Assembly: GCA_039584255.1 (NCBI GenBank)
Contig: JBDGYE010000007.1
Coordinates: forward strand, 5,815-69,814
Reading direction: 5' to 3'
Length of the DNA: 64,000 nucleotides
Source of the DNA: Gemmatimonadota bacterium
GTDB taxonomy: Bacteria; Gemmatimonadota; Gemmatimonadetes; Palauibacterales; Palauibacteraceae
Shown in pieces: positions 1 through 10,445 of this stretch. The position numbers and the translations under genes were made by a program. Positions within the stretch are counted from its first letter, which is position 1; every line of letters starts with the position of its first letter. Under the pieces are notes generated by a model. It saw nothing but the letters and a program-made list of their open reading frames with translations, was not told where the DNA came from and made no database searches.

Positions 1-1850
1 TCAACTTCGCCGGCGACCTGGACCCTGCGGATCCGACGGGCTCGGCGGACGAGCTTCGGACCCGGGTGGACAACGTGGCCGCCGGACGCGCGAGCGACCT
101 CGAGCGGTGGACGATCGATGCCCGCCTCGACTGGCGGCCTACTGCCGAGACCAGCGTGATCCTGTCCGGCGGACGCGCCACCGCAGTGAGCAGCGTGGAC
201 CTCACCTCGCTCGGAGCGGGTCAAGTCATCGACTGGGCGTACAACTACGTGCAGGGGCGATTTCGGTGGAAGGATCTCTTTGCCCAGGTGTTCCTCAACA
301 AGAGCGACAACGACCAGACGTACCTGCTCCGGTCGGGGCGCACACTGGTTGACCGATCGGAGCTGTGGGTCGCGCAGCTGCAGCACTCTTCGCGGCTCGG
401 TGTGAACAATCGGCTCGTGTACGGCGCCGACCTGCTGTGGACGATCCCGAAGACCGAGGGAACGATCAACGGGAAGAACGAGGACGACGACGAGATCACC
501 GAGGTCGGTGGCTACCTGCAGTGGGAGTCGGCTCTCGCCCGCCCGCTCGACCTCGTGCTGGCCGCCAGGCTGGACAAGAACTCGCGTCTGGCCGAGCCGG
601 TCTTCTCGCCGCGGGCGGCGCTGGTCTACCGGCCAGCGCCGGAGCACAGCCTGCGGCTCACCTTCAACCGAGCCTTCTCCACCCCGAACACGATTTCGCT
701 CTTCCTCGACATCTCGGGGCAGAGCATCCCGATCGCGGGGCCGTTCTTCTACGACGCCAGGGCGCAGGGGAGAAGCGACACCGGCTTCACCTTCCGGCGG
801 GAGGAAGGCATCCCGATGCACCAGTCGCCCTTCAACCCGCTGTTGGGAGGCAGCCCACAGGAGTTCCTGCCCACCACCACGGGCCAGCTGTGGGATGAGG
901 CCGTGGCGGCGGTCGGGGCGGCCGATCCGGGCCTGGGCAACCTGCTAGCGGCTGTTCCGGCGCCCGACGGTTCGGAGGTGGCAGTGGTAGCCGCCACTCT
1001 GAACCTGGACGAGGGCGCTTTCGTCCCCACGCCCGGCGGCGTGGCCGGCATTCGGGACATGCCGCCGCTCGACCCGGGCATCACCAACACGCTCGAAGCG
1101 GGATACAAGGGGCTGCTGGAAGAACGACTGCTCCTTTCGGCAAACCTGTGGTACAGCCGGATTTCGGACCGGATTTCCGATGTCAGGGTGATCTCGCCCA
1201 ACGTCTTCCTGGACGGAGTATCCCTGGACTCGTACCTCACCGAGCAGTTCCTGGGCCTGGTCGGGACCGTCTTCCCCGATGAGGAAACGGCGCGAGCCGC
1301 AGCCGCGGAGCTGGCCGCGACGATGGGCGAGATCCCACTCGGCGTCGTCGCGCCGGAGCAGGCCGGCGGGACGTTCGCCACTATCGTCCTCACGGACCGT
1401 AACCTTCCCGCAACGGAGCTTTTCGGAGCGGACCTGTCGCTCGGCGTGATCCTGGGCAGCCGCTGGAGCCTCGAGGCCACGGCCGCGTGGCTGAGCGATG
1501 ACATCTTGACGGCAGGAGAAGGAGCCGCGGCCGGTGTGATTCCCCTCAACGCGCCTACGCTGAAAGGGTCCGCGACGCTGCGCTATCGGGACCTCGACTC
1601 CGGCCTGAACGGTGCCCTGCGGTTTCGGGCCACGAAGGGATTCCCGGCCAGCTCGGGCGTGTATGCCGGGGACGTCGATGGCCACCAGGTGGTGGACCTC
1701 AATCTGGGGTACCGGTTCCGACGCATGGGCCTGTGGCTACAGCTGGACGTGCAGAACGTGCTCGACACGGGCTACAGCAGCTTCCCCGGTGCGCCCATGC
1801 TCGGGCGGCTCACGATGCTGAGACTGAGGTACGATCTGGCGGCGCTCTAG
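1..1850 (+). CDS. TonB-dependent-receptor-like outer-membrane beta-barrel, C-terminal part (5' end lies left of the window)
   Basis: Frame 3 is open from nt 3 to the TAG at 1848-1850; track ORF 66..1850 is only the Met-delimited part. Amphipathic beta-strand patterns are present (LRLTFNRAFSTPN, LSANLWYSRISDRI, VDLNLGYRFRRMGLWLQLDVQNVLD). No plug domain is visible in the window. Confidence 0.6.
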   Translation, partial: NFAGDLDPADPTGSADELRTRVDNVAAGRASDLERWTIDARLDWRPTAETSVILSGGRATAVSSVDLTSLGAGQVIDWAYNYVQGRFRWKDLFAQVFLNKSDNDQTYLLRSGRTLVDRSELWVAQLQHSSRLGVNNRLVYGADLLWTIPKTEGTINGKNEDDDEITEVGGYLQWESALARPLDLVLAARLDKNSRLAEPVFSPRAALVYRPAPEHSLRLTFNRAFSTPNTISLFLDISGQSIPIAGPFFYDARAQGRSDTGFTFRREEGIPMHQSPFNPLLGGSPQEFLPTTTGQLWDEAVAAVGAADPGLGNLLAAVPAPDGSEVAVVAATLNLDEGAFVPTPGGVAGIRDMPPLDPGITNTLEAGYKGLLEERLLLSANLWYSRISDRISDVRVISPNVFLDGVSLDSYLTEQFLGLVGTVFPDEETARAAAAELAATMGEIPLGVVAPEQAGGTFATIVLTDRNLPATELFGADLSLGVILGSRWSLEATAAWLSDDILTAGEGAAAGVIPLNAPTLKGSATLRYRDLDSGLNGALRFRATKGFPASSGVYAGDVDGHQVVDLNLGYRFRRMGLWLQLDVQNVLDTGYSSFPGAPMLGRLTMLRLRYDLAAL

Positions 1851-1975
1851 AGTGCACCGCCGTCAGTCCCTCTCGACGACCGGCCACGCGCCGTGCCGCC
1901 GCGACAGCTGCAGAAACTCCCGCTCCTGCGCAGGCTCGGGGAATACGGCCGAGCTGGTGACGAGGTTCTGGCCCT

Positions 1976-3208
1976 TTACCTGGAGGACGAGCTGCGCTTG
2001 GCCTGATACAGCGTCTCGTGCCAGAACGGCGTCACAGGGTCGTCCAGCGTGTGCATGGCCACCAGGGGCACTCGTAGGCGGCCCGTCGTCTCGTACAGGG
2101 CCTCGATCGTGGCCAGAGCCAGGGCGGCGGGCGTGAACCTGTCCACGCCCGCGTTGAGAGCCGCATCTTCAGTGGATCCTGAATACTGCCGGTTCTCGTT
2201 GCCATACGGATTCCCGTCCAGGATGTCCGTAGCGTCGTTCGTGCCGAAGAAGCTGTAGCGGAGCACCTCCGTGGCCACGTCGGGCAGGGATCCGGGATCC
2301 GCAGGATCGACGGGCAGACCCGTCACCGCCACCAGCTCCGAAGCCGTGAGGAGCTGGGCTTCCAGGGCAGCCGCTATGGATGCCGTTACCTGCGCCCAGT
2401 TGCCGTCCGTGATCACGGAGTCCTCGTCCGGTACCTGGATGGCGTTTCCTGGCATGATGCCCGGGAAGAAGTAGTCGAAGACCACCCGGAAGTCGCCGAA
2501 CCAGTCGATCTGCGAGCGGAAGTTGCCGATGGGCCCGCACAGAGCCAGGCCGCCGTCGAACGCATCGACCGAGCGGGCGTCCTCGATGGCCAGCACCGTG
2601 GACAGTCCCCCTTCCGAAGCGCCGACCAGGAACGCCCACACCGGGAAGCCGTCGAATCCCTCCTGTGCGGCGAAGGTCTGGAGCTGGCTCTCGGCCCATG
2701 CGGCCAGGTCTTCGAGGTCCGACACCGCCTCCGCCGCCACCAGGCCGTTGCGGCGGTAGCTCGTGCTGGCGTAGCCGTAGAATCCCTCCTGCGCCGTGCC
2801 GAGGCTCCTGACGATGTCCTTCAGGGTCACGCCACTGGCCTCGTCGTCGGGAAGCTCGAGTGGAGTGAACGGCGCCCGGCCCGGACCGGGGTTCACGTAG
2901 CCGTGCGCCCACAGCACCAGCTCGCCGTTCCAGGTCGCGGGCAGGCAGACCTCGAACAGGGCTCCGGCGGCCGAGGAACCAGTGACGCAGGCCTGGAACT
3001 GGGCCGGGGCCTGGACGGGAAGCTCCGGCGCGGGAGGCAGCGGCGGGCCTGTAGCATCATCGTCGTCGCAGGCGGCGAGAGCCAGAGCACAGGCGACGAC
3101 CGGGAGAACGGCACGCGATGACACGCCGCTGCGTGTCGCTCTGGCAGTCGATCGGCGAAGCAAGACTAACATGGCTCGTCGGAGGGGGAAGGTAGAGGAG
3201 GTCCGCAC
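1976..3208 (-). CDS. Secreted/lipoprotein alpha/beta-hydrolase-fold protein
   Basis: N-terminal signal with lipobox-like LALAAC. Nucleophile-elbow-like LVGASEGGL. High-GC third positions. Start could instead be the internal Met at 3172. Confidence 0.55.
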   Translation of the reverse strand: MRTSSTFPLRRAMLVLLRRSTARATRSGVSSRAVLPVVACALALAACDDDDATGPPLPPAPELPVQAPAQFQACVTGSSAAGALFEVCLPATWNGELVLWAHGYVNPGPGRAPFTPLELPDDEASGVTLKDIVRSLGTAQEGFYGYASTSYRRNGLVAAEAVSDLEDLAAWAESQLQTFAAQEGFDGFPVWAFLVGASEGGLSTVLAIEDARSVDAFDGGLALCGPIGNFRSQIDWFGDFRVVFDYFFPGIMPGNAIQVPDEDSVITDGNWAQVTASIAAALEAQLLTASELVAVTGLPVDPADPGSLPDVATEVLRYSFFGTNDATDILDGNPYGNENRQYSGSTEDAALNAGVDRFTPAALALATIEALYETTGRLRVPLVAMHTLDDPVTPFWHETLYQAKRSSSSR

Positions 3209-3333
3209 GCTCGTTCCTGTTCAAGATAGCCCCTCGGGAACGGACGTGCAGGGGCCAGGAGTGCGGCAGACGGAAGAGGGCGGCCCGTTGGAGCCGCCCT
3301 TCCGCTCTGACCGCTACTTTGGGCTAGATGGCT

Positions 3334-3861
3334 TCAGCGTCCTTCCTTCTCCACGGGAATCATGATGTGGGCGTAGGGGGTCCCTGGCCACATGACCCAC
3401 GGTCCGCCGTTGAGGTGATCGGTGGAGATCCCCTTCAGAAGGCTGCGGTCGGGGACGACGATCATCAGGTGGGCGCCCAGGTCGGTCACCCAGTCCTCCG
3501 GACCTGTTTCCTCGGTGGCGTAGGGATCGCTGTTGCTCACCGGCGAGTCGCCCATGAGCATGTAGGCGAAGCCGATCTCGTCGTATGTGGGCTCTGTCTT
3601 GTTCACGTAGGCACCGAGGAAGTTCAACCATGCTTCGGTGACGCACCATGGGTCGTTTCCGGGCGTGTCGGGTCTGTCCGGGAGGCAGGTCCAGTCGTTG
3701 GTGCCCTCCCGCAGAACGTTCATCTCCCAGTCCAGGATCGTGGCGTCGGCTGACACCGACACGGGTCCGGCGCTCATGGCGCTCTCGATTGCGTCCTGCC
3801 CGAGGGCGCCCGCCGGCAACAGCAAGCTCAGGCCGATCACGGCCATCATCGTACGGAACAT
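3334..3861 (-). CDS. Secreted hypothetical protein (175 aa)
   Basis: Internal Met of track ORF 3334..4101 (MFRTMMAVIGLSLLLPAGALGQD, signal peptide), preceded by a GGAGG RBS (revcomp of 3864-3875). The upstream 80 codons are Arg/Gly-rich and non-protein-like. Confidence 0.6.
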   Translation of the reverse strand: MFRTMMAVIGLSLLLPAGALGQDAIESAMSAGPVSVSADATILDWEMNVLREGTNDWTCLPDRPDTPGNDPWCVTEAWLNFLGAYVNKTEPTYDEIGFAYMLMGDSPVSNSDPYATEETGPEDWVTDLGAHLMIVVPDRSLLKGISTDHLNGGPWVMWPGTPYAHIMIPVEKEGR

Positions 3862-3917
3862 CCAAGCCTCCTTCTCTGGGGAAAAAGGGACGATGCCGGT
3901 CCCGCTGGCCCGTCCCG

Positions 3918-4661
3918 CTAGTTCGTCATCGCCGCCACGGCCTCGTCGGTCGTCCACACGGCGTTTGCCATGAACCGGAAGTTGACCAGGGCGGTCTGGT
4001 ATCCATCGCCGTCCGGCACCTTCGCGGCTGCTGTCGCGTCCTTCACGACCGCGACCTCGAAGCCCTGCTCGAGCAGCTCGCGCATGTGTGACTCGGTGCA
4101 CAGGTTCGCCGACATTCCGGCCAGGATGACCTTGTCCACACCCCGCTTCCTGAGCTGCAAGACCAGGTCGTTCGTCTCCGGGCCGTAGACCTTATGCGGA
4201 CTGGATACCACCGTCTTCCCATCCTTGATATAGGGCTTGTACCGCTCGAGCCAGTCCGCGCCGGACCCCTCGAAGCCTTCCAGGCTCAACGGATCCACTC
4301 GGTCGAACATGCCGATGTCGTGCATCAGGACCTCGAGGGCGCCCTCGAACTTCCAGCCGTGGTCGGTAGGGTAGTAGTAATGGGGAGAGACGAACACCTG
4401 CATCCCGATCTTCTTCGCCGTCTTCAGCAGTGTCTCGATGTTGTCGACCGTGTTGTTCTCAGTCACGCTCTCGCCGACTACCCCCCACGTCACACCCTCC
4501 GGACTCAGGAAGTCGTTCTGCGGGTCGGTGATCACGAGAGCGGTGCGCTCCAGTTCTACCGTGACTCCCGGGTCCGGGAGTTGGGCAGCGAGGTCGGACG
4601 GTGCGCTCGCGACTCCGAGCACAGCCGCTGCCACCATAGGAAAGTAGCTTTGCATTCTCAT
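3918..4661 (-). CDS. Isochorismatase-family cysteine hydrolase with signal peptide
   Basis: Start MRMQSYF at 4661, preceded by a GGAGG RBS. Family motifs ALVITDPQNDF and LAGMSANLCTESH (catalytic Cys context). Confidence 0.7.
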   Translation of the reverse strand: MRMQSYFPMVAAAVLGVASAPSDLAAQLPDPGVTVELERTALVITDPQNDFLSPEGVTWGVVGESVTENNTVDNIETLLKTAKKIGMQVFVSPHYYYPTDHGWKFEGALEVLMHDIGMFDRVDPLSLEGFEGSGADWLERYKPYIKDGKTVVSSPHKVYGPETNDLVLQLRKRGVDKVILAGMSANLCTESHMRELLEQGFEVAVVKDATAAAKVPDGDGYQTALVNFRFMANAVWTTDEAVAAMTN

Positions 4662-5032
4662 TACAACCTCCTTGAGGGAAAACGCAGCCTGCCTCTCGCA
4701 CTCCCCCAGTAACGGGAACGCATGCCGTTCCGGTTCCGCGCGGCCCCAGGCAGGGCTTCCCGAGCTTCTGTCTTCGTGCTGTATGAACAAACGGCGGGAG
4801 GATTCTCGACAACGACTTGCTGGAAGCTGTCTCCAACCGCGCGTGCCTCTAAGTCGCAGGAATGCTCGTCCACGATAAGCAGGAATCGGCGGTTCCGGAA
4901 GGCTGGCTGTGAGCGGCACCTTCTCCGGACCCGCGTCATTCTCTATTCATTGTGTATCGTCCGGCTGGGGCTCCGAGCAGCGCGGGTCGCTCGGGAGTCG
5001 GGCGGCTAATAGACCACGGTCAGAGACGGTTG

Positions 5033-5611
5033 ATGCAGGAGGAGAGCGGGTTTCGCGGAGAGGTCACGCAGCTGCTCATGGCAGCGCGACAGGGAGATCG
5101 GCAGGCTGTCGATCGGCTTATGCCCCTGCTGTACGACCAGCTTCGAGGCCTGGCGCAGGCGCAGCTGGCCAGAGAGCGGGCCGGACACACGCTCCATGCC
5201 ACCGGCCTGGTCCACGAGGTTTACCTGAAGCTGGCTGCGGGCGGCGGTGTCGTCGCCGCCGACCGATCGCACTTTCTGGCCATCGCTGCGCGCGCCATGC
5301 GGCAGGTGCTGGTAGATCACGCGCGGCGCAGGCAGGCGGCCAAGAGGGGAGGCGGTTGGAACGTTACGACCCTGACCAACGGAGCCGAGTTTGTGGAGTT
5401 CCGCCCGGAGGAGATGCTGGCGCTCGACCGGGCGCTGGATGAGCTGGACGAAAGACAGCGGCAGGTTGTCGAGTACCGCTTCTTCGGGGGCATGGAGGAG
5501 ACGGAGATCGCGTCTGTCCTCGGAATCTCCGAGCGCACCGTCCGGCGTGACTGGGTGAAGGCGCGGGCGTGGCTCCACCGCTCGCTGTATCCCGAGCGGG
5601 AGGGTGGGTGA
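5033..5611 (+). CDS. ECF-type RNA polymerase sigma factor (TIGR02999-like, kinase-associated group)
   Basis: N-terminus GEVTQLLMAARQGDRQAVDRLMPLLYDQLRGLA, region 2 LHATGLVHEVYLKL, region 4 ISERTVRRDWVKARAWL. Start chosen at MQEESG (5033). Confidence 0.85.
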   Translation: MQEESGFRGEVTQLLMAARQGDRQAVDRLMPLLYDQLRGLAQAQLARERAGHTLHATGLVHEVYLKLAAGGGVVAADRSHFLAIAARAMRQVLVDHARRRQAAKRGGGWNVTTLTNGAEFVEFRPEEMLALDRALDELDERQRQVVEYRFFGGMEETEIASVLGISERTVRRDWVKARAWLHRSLYPEREGG

Positions 5612-5629
5612 GGAGAATGGACCGGGTAG

Positions 5630-5866
5630 ATGACGAACCCTGAGAGGCAGCGGATCGAGGACCTGTTCGAGGAGGCCCTCGAGCACCCCGCCCCGGAACG
5701 GGAGTCGTGGCTGGCATCGGCGTGCCCGGACGAGCCAGGCCTCCGTAAGGAGGTACTGGAGCTGTTGGCCGCGCACGGGCGCGGTAGAGGCATTCTCGAG
5801 ACCGATCCCTCCACGGGTCGACCTGCGGACGCCGGTCGATACCGCTCGCTCAGCGGCGGCGACTGA
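5630..5866 (+). CDS. Stand-alone 78-aa protein resembling the N-terminal module of ECF-associated Ser/Thr kinases
   Basis: RIEDLFEEALEHPAPERESWLASACPDEPGLRKEVLELLAAH matches the N-terminal extension pattern usually fused to kinases encoded after this sigma class. Starts 18 nt after the sigma stop. No kinase domain follows. Confidence 0.6.
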   Translation: MTNPERQRIEDLFEEALEHPAPERESWLASACPDEPGLRKEVLELLAAHGRGRGILETDPSTGRPADAGRYRSLSGGD

Positions 5867-5872
5867 CCCCCA

Positions 5873-6421
5873 CTAGACTGCCGCCGGCGCTGGCGAGACA
5901 TACCCGCAGGCCGGGGTCCTTTTGAGTGCGCAGTAGACGCGACGGAGCGACTCCAGGGAAACGTCCTCCCAGTGGTCCTCGCCCTCGAACACGCCGTTCA
6001 GGACACCGCCCCACAGGCCGGCCGCCACTCCCATGCCGAGTCCAGCCTTCGCTCCCTCCCCGGGCTCGCCGAACAGGGCACCGATAAACAGCCCGCCGGC
6101 GGTCCCAGCGGCGGCGCCGATCGCGGTCTCCTTTGCAGTTCTGCTCAGAACTCCCTCGAACGTGGTCAGCTGGCCGCGATGGAGCTGGACCCTGACGATC
6201 CGGTCCACCGGCACGGTGATGTCCGGCTTCGGCTCGTCCCACACGATCAGCAGCAGGCTGTCCGCGTCCCACTCGACCAGGGCACCCTTGTAGGTCCTGC
6301 CGTCCGAGACCTTCATCTTTACCCACAGCTCGTCCTCTGTTGCCTTGGAGTACTGCTTGACCGACGTGCACCCCGTGAGAACGAGAGCGGCTGTCGCTGT
6401 ATATGCTATGAGGCGTCGCAT
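5873..6421 (-). CDS. Lipoprotein with C-terminal glycine-zipper region
   Basis: MRRLIAYTATAALVLTGC lipobox. GGAGG RBS 5 nt upstream of the ATG at 6421. Gly-rich segment IGAAAGTAGGLFIGALFG...GMGVAAGLWGG. Confidence 0.65.
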   Translation of the reverse strand: MRRLIAYTATAALVLTGCTSVKQYSKATEDELWVKMKVSDGRTYKGALVEWDADSLLLIVWDEPKPDITVPVDRIVRVQLHRGQLTTFEGVLSRTAKETAIGAAAGTAGGLFIGALFGEPGEGAKAGLGMGVAAGLWGGVLNGVFEGEDHWEDVSLESLRRVYCALKRTPACGYVSPAPAAV

Positions 6422-6703
6422 CTTTGCCTCCGTGTCCATGCTCGGAGGGGGGCTTCAGCTCCACGCTGTCCGGGGGCGGTCAAGCAGGGATCAAGAGCGG
6501 GTTAGATGCAGCTCGCTGGTGCGGCTGGACGATGACTCGCCGCCGGGGCGCTCCCGGTCAGGAGGCATCGGAGTGCACGTCCAATGTGTGCAGACCCTAC
6601 AGAGATATCCGTTGGAGAAGTAACGACCGTGGAGGATGCCGGCTCGACTCGGCCGACGGGACGACCCCGGCTGAGAGGTTCGGACCAGCGGGCACAGCCG
6701 GGG

Positions 6704-7573
6704 TCAGGCCAACACGCGGTACACCCTGTCGTGATCGCGAACGCGCTCATCCACCAGGATTCCGACCTCGGCGCCGGCGTCCGCAGAGTCGACCGGTCCG
6801 TGCTCGATCTGGATGGACGTGACCTTCTGATCGAAGCAGGTGGTATGACCCTCGAACCGGAGGGTATCGCCCACGCTCACGCCTTCGCTGAGCTTGACGG
6901 CGGCGACTCCCGGCCGTGCGAAGTAGTGGGTCACCATCCCTACGAGCTGGTCTTCCATTCGTGACCTCCTGTGTCGCTGTTCCCCCTCTTTCCAAACCTC
7001 GGCTTCGAAGCCGTAGAGGACCGCGTCCGGCTCCTTCCAGGCCTCCGGCGGAAGCCCGGCCTTGAGGCAGAGGTTCTCCAGGAACTGCCGGCGGTCCCAC
7101 CCCCAGTCGAGGGGCACTTCGGGTAGGAGCAGACCCGAGAACGGTCCCAGCACGATCATGAGACCGTGTCGTCCGATCTCTACATCTTCCTCGGAGATGG
7201 GCTCCATGGGCCCGAGCGCATTGATCTCGATGCTGATTTCCGGTAGCTCCTCCAGCGTCACACCGGGAAAACGAGGGTCGTCCGTGGCCGCCGCGACGGC
7301 GACTCGCCTGACCGATTCGACCAGCGCAGCCGCAGCCACGACCTCTCCACGGCAACCGCGGAGCTCGCCGGAGTCCCGATTGCGCAGCGTCACGAATGCG
7401 GGCCGAAGCTCGTTGAGGCCTGGCAGAGCTGTCTCGTCCGCGGGTACTTCCCGTCGAGAGAGGTGGGCCTCGAGTGACTCACGCGCAGCACGGAGCAGTT
7501 CCCCGCGCTCCTCTGTCGTCAGGCCAGCCGCGGGATGTGTCGTTTTTGAGGCGGAGCTGCTGTCGTCGGTCAT
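6704..7573 (-). CDS. AMMECR1-domain protein fused in frame to an EF-Tu-domain-2-like small beta-barrel
   Basis: AMMECR1 pattern (AFVTLRNRDSGELRGCRGE, DDPRFPGV, HGLMI). The C-terminal 85 aa (VGMVTHYFARPGVAAVKLSEGVSVGDTLRFEGHTTCFDQKVTSIQIEH) matches free-standing elongation-factor-like proteins. No stop codon separates the two parts. Confidence 0.7.
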   Translation of the reverse strand: MTDDSSSASKTTHPAAGLTTEERGELLRAARESLEAHLSRREVPADETALPGLNELRPAFVTLRNRDSGELRGCRGEVVAAAALVESVRRVAVAAATDDPRFPGVTLEELPEISIEINALGPMEPISEEDVEIGRHGLMIVLGPFSGLLLPEVPLDWGWDRRQFLENLCLKAGLPPEAWKEPDAVLYGFEAEVWKEGEQRHRRSRMEDQLVGMVTHYFARPGVAAVKLSEGVSVGDTLRFEGHTTCFDQKVTSIQIEHGPVDSADAGAEVGILVDERVRDHDRVYRVLA

Positions 7574-7731
7574 GGTTCGAGCACCCGTGCGTGCGATGGT
7601 GCGGTTGAATATATGCAGACGGCGCTCGGGCGGCAGCGGCCATGGGGAGAATGTTGGCCAGCCTGGGCCGCCCCTGTAGGTTCATAGCGGCAGACCTTCC
7701 ACGCCTTCCATCGGTCAGTTCGGAGAGAGCC

Positions 7732-8199
7732 ATGATCACTCTCCTCGTCAACGGCGAGCGGCGCCAGCTGGACGCCGACGCCGCGATGCCTCTCCTGTGG
7801 GCTCTTCGCGATCTCATGAATCTCAAGGGCGCCAAGTTCGGCTGCGGAATGGGGCTGTGCGGCTCGTGCACGGTCCACCTCGATGGCGAGCCCGTGCGCT
7901 CCTGCATCACGCCGATCTCGGCGGCCGAGGGCAAGGCCGTTACGACGATCGAAGGCCTGTCGACCGACGGTACGCACCGGGTCCAGATCGCGTGGGCGGA
8001 GCTCAATGTTCCGCAGTGTGGCTACTGCCAGCCGGGGCAGATCATGAGCGCCGTGGCGCTCCTGGAGCGCACCCCGCATCCGACTGAAGGCCAGATCGAG
8101 GAGGCCATGGCCGGCAACCTGTGCCGGTGCGGAACCTACCTGGGGATCAAGCGGGCGATCCAGCAGGCGTCGCAGGTGGCCATTGGAGGTGGCTCATGA
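7732..8199 (+). CDS. (2Fe-2S)-binding small subunit of a molybdopterin oxidoreductase (IorA / aldehyde oxidoreductase type)
   Basis: Two cluster motifs: [12 protein letters not shown] and [10 protein letters not shown]...CRCGTY. Start is the ATG at 7732 (MITLLVNGE). Confidence 0.85.
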   Translation: MITLLVNGERRQLDADAAMPLLWALRDLMNLKGAKFGCGMGLCGSCTVHLDGEPVRSCITPISAAEGKAVTTIEGLSTDGTHRVQIAWAELNVPQCGYCQPGQIMSAVALLERTPHPTEGQIEEAMAGNLCRCGTYLGIKRAIQQASQVAIGGGS

Positions 8200-10403
8200 A
8201 CGCCGTGCGCAAGATCAGCCGGCGGAGCTTCGTGCGGACCACGGGAGTGGCGGGATCGGCACTCGTCCTCGGCGTCCGCACAGGTTTGGGGAGAACTCTG
8301 TTTGCCCCGGAAGGCAAGGTGACCCCGTTCGAGCCCAACGTTTACGTCAGCATCGGCGAGGATGGGATCATCCAGCTGACGGTGCACCGGCAGGAGATGG
8401 GCCAGGGAGCGAGGACAACTTGCTGCATGCTCCTGGCCGAGGAGCTGGATGTCGACATCGACGCCGTCAGGGTCGTTCAGGCTACGGCCTACGGAAAGTA
8501 CGGGCCCCAGCACACGGCCGGGAGCACCACGGTTCGCATGAACTGGGAGCCGCTCCGCAGAGCCGGAGCCGCCGCCCGCGAGATGCTGGTGGGTGCCGCC
8601 GCGCTCACCTGGGACGTGCCTGCGGAGCAATGCCGGACGGAAGCCGGCGTGGTGATCCACGGCCCGACCGACATACGTCTCGGATACGGCGAGGTGGCGT
8701 CGAAGGCAGCCGAGCTCCCCGTCCCGGAAGAGCCGTCGCTGAAGAGCGCGGCCGAGTTTCGAATCATCGGGAAGCCTCATCCTTTGATCGACGTGGGTGA
8801 CATCATTCAGGGCAAGGCCGTCTTCGGATGGGACGTACAGATACCGGACATGCTCTACGCCAGCCTCGAGCGAAGCCCCATGGTGAAGGGCACCTTGCGG
8901 CGCTACGACGCCGCGGCCGCCCGCGCCGTAAGGGATGTCGTGGACGTACTCGAGCTGGAAGCGAACGAATCCGGGCTCACCAACAACTCCCTGGCGGTTG
9001 TGGCACGGAACACGTGGGCCGCCCTGCAGGGCCGGGCAGCGCTGGATGTAGAATGGGACCAAGGGCCGCTCCCGCCGGAGAACAGCGACGAGTATCGGGC
9101 GCGGCTGGAGGAGATCGGGGGGCGTCCGGGCCAGCCGAAGCGATTGGAAGGCGACTTCGAGGCCGCCGTTGCTGCCGCCGACCGCGTGATCGAGGCAACG
9201 TATCACGGCCCCTACCTGGTGCACGCGCCGATGGAGCCGCCTGCCTGCACGGCCCGGGTGGAGGGCGACGTGTGCGAGGTGTGGTCGCCCACGCAGGCCC
9301 CGCAGTGGACTCGCGGCGAGGTGGCGGGTGCCGTGGGGCTTCCGGAGTCCAACGTGACAGTGAACGTCACGCTGCTCGGCGGCGGGTTCGGCCGGAAGTC
9401 GAAACCAGACTTCGCCGTGGAGGCGGCGCTGCTGGCGCAGAAGCTAGGCCAGCCGGTGAGGGTGATGTGGACGCGCCAGGACGAAGTCCGACACGGCTTC
9501 TACCGGGCGCAGAACTTCCAGCTCCTCAAGGCGACGATCGACGCCGACGGCAATCCCACGGGGTGGATGCACCGGACGGTCTTCCCGGGCATCGGATGGG
9601 GTTTCGACCCGAACAGCGTGGGGCCCAGCGACAACGAGCTCGCCCAGGGCATGACCAACATCCCGTACCGCTTCCCCAACCTACAGCTCGAAGCCGGCGC
9701 CATCGCGTCCAGCGTGCGGGTCGGGTGGATGCGATCGGTCTGCAACACGTTCCACTCGTTCGCCGTCAACGGCTTCATGGACGAGCTGGCGCGCGAGCTT
9801 GGCCGAGACCCGGTGGCGTTCCACCTCGAGATGCTGGGCGAGCCCCGGATCCTGGAGCTCTCGGAGGCCGACCGGCGGAGCCCGCACAAGTTCGACACGG
9901 GCCGCTTGGGGAAGGTGATGCAGGCGGCCGCGGAAATGGCGAATTGGGGACGCTCGCTGCCAGCGCGGCATGGTCTCGGGTTCGCAGCCCAGTACAGCTT
10001 TCTGAGTTACGTGGGTATGGTCGCTCACGTGTCCGTGGACGGCGACGGCGAGCTCACGGTGCACGAGGTGTACTGCGCCCTGGACTGCGGACCGGTGGTG
10101 AACCCGGACGTCCTCGAGGCGCAGATGCAGGGCGCCGTGGCCATGGGGTTGTCGCTGGCGAAGCATGGCCGGGTGACCTTGAAGGACGGCGTGGTGGAGC
10201 AGGGCAACTACGACGACTATCCGATCGTTCGGATGCCCGAGATGCCGCGAGTCGACGTGCGGGTGCTGGCGAGCGACACGCTTCCAACGGGCATCGGCGA
10301 GCCGGGCGTCCCACCCACGGCTCCGGCCGTGGCCAACGCGATCTTCGCCGCGACGGGCAGGCGGATTCGGGACCTCCCGTTTGCGGGACAGGACCTGGGC
10401 TGA
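8196..10403 (+). CDS. Molybdopterin-binding large subunit (IorB type) with Tat signal
   Basis: ATGA overlap with the upstream stop (8196-8199). Twin-arginine signal [20 protein letters not shown]. Aldehyde oxidase / xanthine dehydrogenase a/b-hammerhead-like length and patterns. Confidence 0.8.
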   Translation: MNAVRKISRRSFVRTTGVAGSALVLGVRTGLGRTLFAPEGKVTPFEPNVYVSIGEDGIIQLTVHRQEMGQGARTTCCMLLAEELDVDIDAVRVVQATAYGKYGPQHTAGSTTVRMNWEPLRRAGAAAREMLVGAAALTWDVPAEQCRTEAGVVIHGPTDIRLGYGEVASKAAELPVPEEPSLKSAAEFRIIGKPHPLIDVGDIIQGKAVFGWDVQIPDMLYASLERSPMVKGTLRRYDAAAARAVRDVVDVLELEANESGLTNNSLAVVARNTWAALQGRAALDVEWDQGPLPPENSDEYRARLEEIGGRPGQPKRLEGDFEAAVAAADRVIEATYHGPYLVHAPMEPPACTARVEGDVCEVWSPTQAPQWTRGEVAGAVGLPESNVTVNVTLLGGGFGRKSKPDFAVEAALLAQKLGQPVRVMWTRQDEVRHGFYRAQNFQLLKATIDADGNPTGWMHRTVFPGIGWGFDPNSVGPSDNELAQGMTNIPYRFPNLQLEAGAIASSVRVGWMRSVCNTFHSFAVNGFMDELARELGRDPVAFHLEMLGEPRILELSEADRRSPHKFDTGRLGKVMQAAAEMANWGRSLPARHGLGFAAQYSFLSYVGMVAHVSVDGDGELTVHEVYCALDCGPVVNPDVLEAQMQGAVAMGLSLAKHGRVTLKDGVVEQGNYDDYPIVRMPEMPRVDVRVLASDTLPTGIGEPGVPPTAPAVANAIFAATGRRIRDLPFAGQDLG

Positions 10404-10445
10404 GGCGTCGGGGGCAGGGCGCGGAAGCCGCTGCGGCGGGGCTCC

